Source: an uncultured Clostridia bacterium (GTDB taxonomy: Bacteria > Bacillota > Clostridia > Christensenellales > CAG-314). From it: a stretch of DNA of 64,000 nt. Below the pieces are notes generated by a model. That model made no database searches and was not told where the DNA came from. It saw only the letters and a list, made by a program, of their open reading frames with translations. The translations under genes were made by a program, and so were the position numbers. The stretch spans positions 3,267-67,266 of the forward strand of contig CANQNJ010000002.1 of NCBI GenBank assembly GCA_947625185.1. Direction: 5' to 3'. Below are positions 56,486 to 64,000 of the stretch, piece after piece. Within the stretch, counting starts at the first letter, position 1. Each line of letters begins with the position of its first letter.

Positions 56486-57579
56486 TATTCTCCGTCTATC
56501 AGCCTGTTTACATACAGCCGAGTACTTTTATCGAAATTCCGAATATTTTCTACGGTCAATTCCGCGCGAGCGGCTTCTTCGCAGAAATACTCCACGGCAT
56601 TCATTATTATATTGTGAAAATTCACAAAAGAAAACTTGCCCCGCAAAAATCTCTCCACGCACACATCGTTGGCGGCATTCATAACAGTTCTGCACAGCGA
56701 CGGATATCGAAGGATATCGTATCCCAACCGCGCGCAGGGAAATTTGTCGAAATCGCACTGCTCAAAAGTAAGCCCCGACATACTCCGCAGATCCAATGGC
56801 TTGCAGCAATAGCCGCCCTCGTCTCCCAACAAGGCGATCTGTATCGGCAATCGCATATCGGGATATGCCAATTGCGCCACTATCTCGCCGTTGGAATACT
56901 CAACCATAGAGTGAACGACGCTTTGCGGATGAACGACGATTTGTATACGATCTGCCGACACACCGAACAAAAAACTCGCCTCGATAACTTCCAGAGATTT
57001 GTTCATCATCGTAGCGCTGTCAACGGTGATTTTCGACCCCATATGCCAATTTGGGTGACGTAAAGCCTGTTCGCAAGTAACGCTCGGCAGCTCGTTCCGC
57101 GGCGTATTGCGGAAGGGTCCGCCGCTTGCGGTCAGCAATATCCTGCTCAACGAGGATGGACTGTGACCCGACAGACATTGACTTATCGCGCAGTGTTCGC
57201 TGTCGATGGGACGTATTCCGTTCTCGCCCGCCTTGCTCATGATCAATTCGCCTGCGCACACCAAGGCTTCTTTATTTGCGAGGGCGACGTCTATACCGTT
57301 ATCGAGGCAAAAGAGAATACTCTCCAATGCGGCGATACCCCTTGTCGCTATCACCGCCACGTCGGCGCCGCGCACGGCTTGTATCAGACATTCTTTTCCC
57401 TCGGAGATAAGTCCGTCGAACTCGGGAGCAAATTCTTTGCACTGAGAATCGAGCTTCGCCCTATCGGAATAAGCGACAAGCGAATGAACTTTGAGCTTGT
57501 CGCCGTTGGCGCGAATTATATCCAGAGTTTGCGTACCGATCGAGCCGGTACTGCCCAATACAGCGATCTTCTTCATCAC
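56485..57579 (-). CDS. dxr: 1-deoxy-D-xylulose 5-phosphate reductoisomerase
   Basis: MKKIAVLGSTGSIGTQTLDI, LANKEAL, PIDSEH and HPNWHMG. Confidence 0.92.
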   Translation of the reverse strand: MMKKIAVLGSTGSIGTQTLDIIRANGDKLKVHSLVAYSDRAKLDSQCKEFAPEFDGLISEGKECLIQAVRGADVAVIATRGIAALESILFCLDNGIDVALANKEALVCAGELIMSKAGENGIRPIDSEHCAISQCLSGHSPSSLSRILLTASGGPFRNTPRNELPSVTCEQALRHPNWHMGSKITVDSATMMNKSLEVIEASFLFGVSADRIQIVVHPQSVVHSMVEYSNGEIVAQLAYPDMRLPIQIALLGDEGGYCCKPLDLRSMSGLTFEQCDFDKFPCARLGYDILRYPSLCRTVMNAANDVCVERFLRGKFSFVNFHNIIMNAVEYFCEEAARAELTVENIRNFDKSTRLYVNRLIDGE

Positions 57580-58601
57580 AATATAAACATAAACACGAAT
57601 GAGACAAACACGGAATTAAACATAATTCCGTCCATTCTGTCCACAATGCCACCGTGTTCTCCCAAAATTCTGCTGTAATCTTTGATACCGCAATAGCGCT
57701 TGACCATACTTGCAAGCAAGTCGCCTATCTGAGTGGCAACCGATCCGAGCAATCCGATAATTACATAGGTAAATGCCGTATTGAACGTAGACAGTCCCAA
57801 TCCTTCGAAAGTCAAGCCGAATTGCGGTCCGAAAATCTTTGCCCAATCAAACAGCACGAATACGATAAACGAGCCCAAGGCTCCGCCTACGACGCCGCCG
57901 ATAGCGCCCTCCACCGTCTTGTTGGGAGAAATCTGCGGACAAAGCTTGTGCTTGCCGAACAAACTCCCGACAAAAAACGCAAACGTATCGGTAAATGTAG
58001 ATACGGCAAATACCAAAGCAATGCAGATGGCATTGAGCGGCAACAAATAATTGTCGTGATGAGTTTGCAGCAACGGGTCAAGTACCATCCAGATATCGTT
58101 TTCGAGGTAGGGAAACATTGCGCTGCCTTCCGAAAAGACGTGCGTAGTTGCGCTTCTGTTCAGATACAGCAACGTAGCCATAAAGAGTCCCGGATACACA
58201 AGCATAAACGCGATGTATATCAAGCTGTCCATACGGTTTCTGAACAAGGCGGTCACAACAGACGTCGTGAACACCAGGAGGGAGAAAAACATTATCCCCA
58301 TAAAGCCGGACAGTATGTATATTGGCATAAGCCCGAAACCGTACAACCACAACAGCCAACTGAAACAATCCGGGATACGTTCTCTGCCGAGAGCGCGTCT
58401 CATCTCGATAACTGACAGCAGTATCAGTATCGCTATCAATATCGAGTTGATGGATCTGCCGCTGATAAACTTACCTATGGCGCTCTTGTCGCTTACATAA
58501 TTGGGCAGATACACATTCAACAGTACCATGCCTATCATTACAATAAAAATCACGCAGCCGACCAATACTCGATTAAGCAATGATTTTTTATTTAATGCCA
58601 T
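57576..58601 (-). CDS. cdsA: phosphatidate cytidylyltransferase
   Basis: Polytopic membrane protein with the C-terminal GDLLASMVKRYCGIKDYSRILGEHGGIVDRMD signature. Start set at MALNKK (uncertain). Confidence 0.8.
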   Translation of the reverse strand: MALNKKSLLNRVLVGCVIFIVMIGMVLLNVYLPNYVSDKSAIGKFISGRSINSILIAILILLSVIEMRRALGRERIPDCFSWLLWLYGFGLMPIYILSGFMGIMFFSLLVFTTSVVTALFRNRMDSLIYIAFMLVYPGLFMATLLYLNRSATTHVFSEGSAMFPYLENDIWMVLDPLLQTHHDNYLLPLNAICIALVFAVSTFTDTFAFFVGSLFGKHKLCPQISPNKTVEGAIGGVVGGALGSFIVFVLFDWAKIFGPQFGLTFEGLGLSTFNTAFTYVIIGLLGSVATQIGDLLASMVKRYCGIKDYSRILGEHGGIVDRMDGIMFNSVFVSFVFMFIL

Positions 58602-59274
58602 TGATTCCTCCAAAATTGCGCGTACGCTTGCCGTATTCTTCGATAATGGCATCGTACTCTTCGTTTGTAAAGTCGGGCCAGAGCGTATCGGAAAACACAA
58701 GCTCGGAGTAGGCGCTTTGAAACAGCAAGAAATTCGACAAACGTTTCTGTCCGCCCGTGCGAATGATCAGATCGGGATCGGGCAAACGTTGGTACAAATT
58801 GTTTCGTATGTTATCGACAGTTATATCTTTACCCTGCTTGACGAGCTTGTTGACCGCGTCAACGATCTCCGTTTGTCCGCCGTAATTTATGCAGAGATTT
58901 ACGCAGATCGCGTTGAAATCCTTGGTGCGTTCTTCCGTATAGGATATCTTATTCGCCAGATTCTGCGGTAATCCGTCTTTTTCTCCGGAAACGACAACGC
59001 GCACTCTGTCCTTACAGAAATCATCGAAACGACTGAGATATCTGTCGGCAAGCGCAAAAAGATTGTTGATCTCCGATTGCGGACGTTTCCAATTTTCGGT
59101 GGAAAAGACATACAATGAGAGGTATTTGATACCCACTGCGAGCGAATGGTCTATCACTCGCTCCGCCACATCGAGTCCGCGTTTATGACCGTGTAAGCGC
59201 GCCAAGCCCCTTTGCTTGGCCCAACGGCCGTTTCCGTCCATAATAAAAGCAACGTGATTGGGGATATTCATCAA
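58588..59274 (-). CDS. uppS: isoprenyl transferase (undecaprenyl diphosphate synthase)
   Basis: HVAFIMDGNGRWAK, FSTENWKRP and LIIRTGGQKRLSNFLLFQSAYSEL. Confidence 0.9.
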   Translation of the reverse strand: MMNIPNHVAFIMDGNGRWAKQRGLARLHGHKRGLDVAERVIDHSLAVGIKYLSLYVFSTENWKRPQSEINNLFALADRYLSRFDDFCKDRVRVVVSGEKDGLPQNLANKISYTEERTKDFNAICVNLCINYGGQTEIVDAVNKLVKQGKDITVDNIRNNLYQRLPDPDLIIRTGGQKRLSNFLLFQSAYSELVFSDTLWPDFTNEEYDAIIEEYGKRTRNFGGINGIK

Positions 59275-59468
59275 ACTTCGAATTTATAACGGCAGACTAC
59301 TAATTCCAAACCGTTTTCTTTGGATCGTACAGCCGTTATCAGCTCCTTGTCAAACTGTTTTTGTTTCCTGTCTACATAATAAACAAACTTGAAGTTTGTT
59401 ATACCCGATTGCCGCAAAAGACTTTCGGCGTCGCAGACTTCAAGTCCGATCAAATCGTTAAGATTCAT
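59271..59468 (-). CDS. small hypothetical protein (65 aa)
   Basis: ORF whose stop overlaps the uppS start (ATGA). No recognised motif. Confidence 0.4.
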   Translation of the reverse strand: MNLNDLIGLEVCDAESLLRQSGITNFKFVYYVDRKQKQFDKELITAVRSKENGLELVVCRYKFEV

Positions 59469-59479
59469 TTCATCAAAAA

Positions 59480-60055
59480 CTACACCGACATAACGTCTGT
59501 TTCTTTTTCTTTGGACAGCTTGTCAACAAGCTCTATCTGCTTGGAAAGGTTCTTGTCCACTTCCTCTTCGTAATCCGCAATAAGATCTTCCGAGACGGTC
59601 TTGCCGTTCTTTTCTTTTTTCAAGGCGTCCATAGCGTCTCTGCGAGCATTTCTCAACACGACTTTTGTGTCCTCGGCAAGTTTCTTGACTTGCTTTACAA
59701 GCTCTCTGCGGCGTTCTTCCGTAAGCGTCGGAAAAGTCAAACGTATAAGCGTGCCGTCGTTTTGCGGAGTTACGCCGATGTTGGCGGCAAGAATCGCCTT
59801 CTCGATCTCTTTAAGCGTTGACTTATCCCAAGGCGTAATAACAAGGCATCTCGGCTCAGGAATGGAGATATTGCCCATCATCTTGATAGCCGTGGGCGTT
59901 CCGTAGTAATTGACGCGGATACTTTCCACCAACTTCGGATTGGCGCGTCCGGCACGCATAAGATTATACTCGTTTTTCATATATTCGATCGCCTTGTCGC
60001 AATCCATTTCAAAGTTAAGGAATATTTCTTCGATTTGCGGTGTAGCGTAATTCAT
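59480..60055 (-). CDS. frr: ribosome recycling factor
   Basis: RAGRANPKLVESIRVNYYGTPTAIKMMGNISIPE. Start at MNYATP, 5 nt after GGAGG. Confidence 0.92.
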   Translation of the reverse strand: MNYATPQIEEIFLNFEMDCDKAIEYMKNEYNLMRAGRANPKLVESIRVNYYGTPTAIKMMGNISIPEPRCLVITPWDKSTLKEIEKAILAANIGVTPQNDGTLIRLTFPTLTEERRRELVKQVKKLAEDTKVVLRNARRDAMDALKKEKNGKTVSEDLIADYEEEVDKNLSKQIELVDKLSKEKETDVMSV

Positions 60056-60117
60056 AACACCCTCCATTATAGATATATTGTCTATATTCTACAATATATA
60101 ACGATTTATTTCAACAG

Positions 60118-60816
60118 TTATTTGATAATTGTTCCCAATTTTTCACCGTTCAAAGCTCTGACGACGCCGTCAGGCTCATCTTTGCCCAATGCGATTATCT
60201 TTACGCCGAACTCACGGCACATTGCTATTGCCGTCAGATCCATAGCTTTAAGATTGTCCGCTATCACTTTATCATAAGATATTTCATCGTATTTATGCGC
60301 ATTGGGGTTCAACTTGGGATCGCTGTCGTACAGACCGTCGACCGCTTTAAGGCAGACAAGCGCGTCGGCGTGGATCTCGCATGCCCTCAGCGACGCAGCG
60401 GAATCGGTAGAAAAATACGGAGACCCCGTACCGCCCACAAAGATGACCACTTTGCCGCTGTCGAGATACCGAATTACGTCGGGCAGAAAATATGTCTCGG
60501 CGACTTTGTCTATCGCAAAGGACGACACGACTCTGTTATCGATGCCGAGCGCGGTAAGCGCTTCGCCCAGCGCCAGACCATTCATCACGGTTGCAAGCAT
60601 ACCGATGTAGTCAGCAGTCGCTCTGTCCATGGTGTCTATCGTACGACCGCGCCAGATATTTCCGCCGCCGACAACCACGCCCAGCCGAACGCCCGTTTCG
60701 ACGATTTGCTTGATCTGACGCGCGACCTTATTGGTGCTGTCGCCGCATATGTTCATCTGTCCGTCGGAAAGAGCTTCTCCGCTGATTTTAAGTAGAATAC
60801 GTTTATATTTCGACAT
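60118..60816 (-). CDS. pyrH: UMP kinase
   Basis: YKRILLKISGEAL...VVGGGNIWRG...FTTDSAA-like FSTDSAA. Start at MSKYKR. Confidence 0.92.
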   Translation of the reverse strand: MSKYKRILLKISGEALSDGQMNICGDSTNKVARQIKQIVETGVRLGVVVGGGNIWRGRTIDTMDRATADYIGMLATVMNGLALGEALTALGIDNRVVSSFAIDKVAETYFLPDVIRYLDSGKVVIFVGGTGSPYFSTDSAASLRACEIHADALVCLKAVDGLYDSDPKLNPNAHKYDEISYDKVIADNLKAMDLTAIAMCREFGVKIIALGKDEPDGVVRALNGEKLGTIIK

Positions 60817-60887
60817 ACAGTCCCCACACAGAATTTTGCAAAAAGGGAACAAACAGCAACGTTGTTCCCTTTGCAATAAATTATAGA

Positions 60888-61820
60888 TTACTTGATGTTT
60901 TTGAGTTGTTCTGCAATCTCGTCGACGAAATTGTCAACGCGCTTTTCGATGCCTTCGCCCATTTCGTAACGTACAAATCTCGTTACGGCTATATCCTTGC
61001 CGACCTTCTTGGACACGTCTGCAATTACTTGCTTGACGGACAAGGCGGGATCGCGAACATATTCTTGTTCGAGCAGACAAATTTCTTTGTAGAATTTGTG
61101 AATGCGTCCCTCTACCATCTTGCCGATAATAGCCTCGGGCTTGCCTTCGTTTCTCGCCTGAACGGTAAGGATCTCCTTCTCGGATTCCAGCTGACTTGCG
61201 TCAACATCGGCTATGCTCACGACCTGCGGCTTGCTTGCTGCAATTTGCATGCAAACGTTGAAAGCAAGTTCGGCAATGTCGCTCTGCTCGGCGTCGCTTC
61301 TGAACTCGCACAAAACGCCGATCTTGCCGCCCATATGGATATAGCTGGAAATAAGTCCGTTATCGTTCAATACAAATCTCGTAAATCTACGAAGAGATAT
61401 CTTTTCGCCGATTGCCGCGGTAGCTTCCGCAACAAGAACCTTCAAAGTCTTGTCTGCGTCATCGCAATAATTCTCTTCGAGAACTTGCTCTACCGTCGTA
61501 GCGTTCGACGTCAACAAATGCCTTGCAATGTTGTCGACAAGCGCCACAAATTGATCGCTGCGCGCAACGAAGTCCGTCTCGCAGTTTACTTCAACGGCGA
61601 CGGCTTTTTTCTTGTCATCGGAAACAAGGCATTTTACAAGGCCTTCTGCTGCAACGCGATCGGCTTTCTTGGCTGCGGAAGCCATACCCTTTTCGCGAAG
61701 ATACTTGATCGCCTCGTCGAAATTGCCGTCGGTTGCGACAAGCGCTTTCTTGCAGTCCATCATTCCGACGCCCGTTTGCTCGCGGAGTTTCATTACATCT
61801 TGATTGGTAAAATTAGCCAT
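60888..61820 (-). CDS. tsf: elongation factor Ts
   Basis: [37 protein letters not shown] (UBA-like N-terminus). Confidence 0.92.
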   Translation of the reverse strand: MANFTNQDVMKLREQTGVGMMDCKKALVATDGNFDEAIKYLREKGMASAAKKADRVAAEGLVKCLVSDDKKKAVAVEVNCETDFVARSDQFVALVDNIARHLLTSNATTVEQVLEENYCDDADKTLKVLVAEATAAIGEKISLRRFTRFVLNDNGLISSYIHMGGKIGVLCEFRSDAEQSDIAELAFNVCMQIAASKPQVVSIADVDASQLESEKEILTVQARNEGKPEAIIGKMVEGRIHKFYKEICLLEQEYVRDPALSVKQVIADVSKKVGKDIAVTRFVRYEMGEGIEKRVDNFVDEIAEQLKNIK

Positions 61821-62592
61821 TGTCGGTCTCCTCGTCTTTCTTTTCTTCCAACTGCACAGTTTCTTCGGTCCTTACGGGTTCTTCGTCATCCTCGGGTACG
61901 CTCATCACAATACCCTCTTTCGCCTCGATAACCGCGCCGCTGATAATGCTTGCTATAATTTTGATCGCGCCGATAGCGTCGTCGTTGGCGGGGATAACCA
62001 CGTCCACCTGATCGGGATCGCAGTTGGTGTCCACTATTGCAACGATGGGGATATTGAGCGCGTGAGCTTCTTTAACCGCGATGGCCTCCATCTTGGGGTC
62101 CACGATAAAGATACAACCGGGCATTCCCTTCATATCCTTGATACCGCCGAGGTTGGCTTCGAGCTTGTCGCGCTCTTCGAGAAGCTTTGCTACTTCCTTC
62201 TTCGGCAAAACGTCCAATTCGCCCAGCTTTTCCATCTGGTTGATCTGGTGAAGACGCTCTATACGCGACTTGATGGTCTTGTAATTGGTGAGTGTGCCGC
62301 CGAGCCAACGGTTGTTGACGTAGTACATTCCGCAACGCTCCGCTTCCGTCTTTATCGCGTCCTGAGCTTGCTTCTTTGTTCCGACGAACAAGATGGGCTT
62401 GCCTTCCGCCGCGATATCGCGCACAAACTTATATGCGACTTCCGCCTGTGCCACCGTCTGTTGAAGGTCGATGATGTGTATATCGTTACGCTCGGTGTAG
62501 ATATACTTTTTCATTTTGGGGTTCCATCTTCTGGTTTGGTGTCCGAAATGAACGCCCGCTTCCAGAAGCTGTTTCATAGATACAACTGCCAT
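61813..62592 (-). CDS. rpsB: 30S ribosomal protein S2
   Basis: [22 protein letters not shown]... Confidence 0.95.
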   Translation of the reverse strand: MAVVSMKQLLEAGVHFGHQTRRWNPKMKKYIYTERNDIHIIDLQQTVAQAEVAYKFVRDIAAEGKPILFVGTKKQAQDAIKTEAERCGMYYVNNRWLGGTLTNYKTIKSRIERLHQINQMEKLGELDVLPKKEVAKLLEERDKLEANLGGIKDMKGMPGCIFIVDPKMEAIAVKEAHALNIPIVAIVDTNCDPDQVDVVIPANDDAIGAIKIIASIISGAVIEAKEGIVMSVPEDDEEPVRTEETVQLEEKKDEETDNG

Positions 62593-62714
62593 TTTTCTTA
62601 TTCTCCTTTTTTTGTTGTTTTTAACCTCTTTGCGCCGTCAACTCTGCGCGCAACCGAGAGGCAAACCTCGGCACAACGCGCAAATCTTGCGCAAATGCGA
62701 ATTAAACCTTGTAA

Positions 62715-62743
62715 ATTATAGCACAAGCGCCTATTTTTTGCAA
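62715..62743 (-). promoter_or_regulatory. rpsB promoter TTGCAA-17-TGcTATAAT
   Basis: The reverse complement reads TTGCAAaaaataggcgcttgtgcTATAAT, followed by a structured leader of about 120 nt. Confidence 0.5.
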
Positions 62744-63029
62744 TCAAAAACAGACACATTTTACAAGTTTGCTTTTTTATATTTAATGAAATTTTACGCA
62801 AGCCCTACGTACAACAAAAAACGCGCGTACGTACTCAAACAAAAACCATTTTCCTTTCACCCGCGCCGTGCGAGTAAGTTATCGCAGAAAAACGATTGGT
62901 TGCCAATTAGATTTAAGAGCGTCGCTTCGGACAATGCGGCAAAAAATTTTCCCATCGGCTGCGTAGTACGACATTTGCGTAAATTTTAAGGGCTGCCGCA
63001 TTGTACGACAGCCCCGTAGTTGACGTAAA

Positions 63030-63422
63030 TCAGTCCTCGTCGTGGTGATGATGACAATCGCAATCCGGATCGTCGCATTCGTCCTCCGACATTGCCTCGA
63101 CCTCTTCTTCAAGTTGCTTGTACAGCGCGTCATACAGGTCGTCGTCTATCGGAAGAAAGTTGTAGTAAACCTCTTCGCCCTCTTCCACTTCCTGCAACTC
63201 GAATATTTCGACAATCGGGTCTTCGTCGTCTGCTTGTTGCAGGCAGGCGTATTCCTTACCGTCTTTTTCGAGGGTCGCAATGTGATAGAACGGTATCTCG
63301 TTGCCGTCCTCGTCTTCCAACATTACAACGTCCTCGTCTACGGTCTCGCAACCGCAATCGCAATGCTCGTCGTGTTCGTGTTTGCAATCACAGTCGTGTT
63401 GCTTCTTTTCTTTTTCGTCCAT
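63030..63422 (-). CDS. DUF1292 family protein with Cys/His-rich termini
   Basis: The core VVMLEDEDGNEIPFYHIATLEKDGKEYACLQQADDEDPIVEIFEL is DUF1292-like. The termini are HDCDCKHEHDEHCDCGCE and CDDPDCDCHHHHDED. Confidence 0.7.
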   Translation of the reverse strand: MDEKEKKQHDCDCKHEHDEHCDCGCETVDEDVVMLEDEDGNEIPFYHIATLEKDGKEYACLQQADDEDPIVEIFELQEVEEGEEVYYNFLPIDDDLYDALYKQLEEEVEAMSEDECDDPDCDCHHHHDED

Positions 63423-63437
63423 TTTTTACCTCCGAAT

Positions 63438-63854
63438 TTATCTTTTTCTGTCAAGAAAGTTTTGCAAAATTATCGTTGCGGCAAGTTTATCGATCACTTT
63501 TTTACGGTCTTCCCGCCGCACATTGCCGTCTATAAGCACGCGCTCCGCAGACAGAGTCGTAAAACGTTCGTCGAGAAATTCCACGGGGATATCGCAAGCC
63601 GACTTGATTTCGTCCATAAACTCCCGGATTTTGATCGCTTGCGCGCTCTCTCTGCCTTTAAGATCCAACGGTAAACCCGAAACGAACAAAGTAACCTCTT
63701 TGCTCTTGGCAAGGTTTACTATGTACTCTACATCTTTGCATATGTCGCCCTTACGCGTATATGTCTCCAAAGGATTGGCGATGATCCCCATCAAGTCGGA
63801 TAAAGCGATGCCTATGCGAACGTCTCCGACGTCAAGCGCCATTATTCTGCCCAT
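63438..63854 (-). CDS. ruvX: Holliday junction resolvase-like protein RuvX/YqgF
   Basis: RIMALDVGDVRIGIALSD...RFTTLSAE. Start set at MGRIMALD; the longer ORF would run into the upstream terminator. Confidence 0.8.
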   Translation of the reverse strand: MGRIMALDVGDVRIGIALSDLMGIIANPLETYTRKGDICKDVEYIVNLAKSKEVTLFVSGLPLDLKGRESAQAIKIREFMDEIKSACDIPVEFLDERFTTLSAERVLIDGNVRREDRKKVIDKLAATIILQNFLDRKR

Positions 63855-63930
63855 AGTATCTGTATTGTACCACAAAACATTACATATTGACAATACAATT
63901 CGGACAAGATTAGCGAAACATTTTTTCTCA

Positions 63931-63957
63931 AACAAAAAGACCGCCCTATGCGGTCTT
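63931..63957 (-). terminator. terminator of the gene lying beyond the right window edge
   Basis: AAGACCGCcctatGCGGTCTT with a T-run on the minus strand (A-run 63934-63938 on plus). Confidence 0.5.
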
Positions 63958-64000
63958 GATGCAGGGTCGCATTGCGACCTTGAAATGGAACGTTACTTCG

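Overview
64-kb window from what looks like a spore-forming Bacillota (Clostridia-like) chromosome. Almost all core genes are on the minus strand. About 24.8-64 kb is conserved housekeeping backbone. It holds rpsB-tsf-pyrH-frr-uppS-cdsA-dxr-rseP-ispG-[PolC-derived pseudo-exonuclease]-rimP-nusA-ylxR-ylxQ-infB-rbfA-nrnA-truB-ribF, then an endonuclease IV-like gene, an M24 peptidase and efp. Next come the eight-gene spoIIIAA-AH operon, asp23-nusB-folD-xseA-xseB-ispA-[about 0.6 kb OLE-type RNA]-oapA-dxs-argR-recN, and spoIVB. The left end carries glgC (partial), scpA/scpB, an M50 protease, a D-Ala-D-Ala carboxypeptidase, hup, deoB and a Cys-rich membrane protein. The accessory content lies at 7.4-23.8 kb: (a) a roughly 1-kb ORF-free stretch with a GC-rich, multi-hairpin element. 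(b) An 884-aa Big_2 lipoprotein with a recent internal tandem duplication. Its upstream region holds a 178-bp segment flanked by 29-bp inverted repeats, which carries a consensus promoter pointing away from the gene and sits next to a tyrosine recombinase (putative inverton). (c) A roughly 11-kb visibly AT-rich island bounded by 72-bp direct repeats that duplicate the 3' end of spoIVB. The island carries hipBA, an orphan HipA_C kinase-like gene, a divergent SpeE-like gene and a four-gene operon: AAA15/21-type ATPase, RloB/TOPRIM-like protein, membrane-inserted KAP P-loop NTPase and an 890-aa helical protein. The last two are one reading frame split by a single TAA. This operon is my best candidate for an undescribed (probably anti-phage) system. 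No rRNA, tRNA or CRISPR array was seen. Coding coordinates follow the supplied ORF track, with starts refined by RBS inspection. Hand-derived non-coding coordinates may be off by 1-2 nt.
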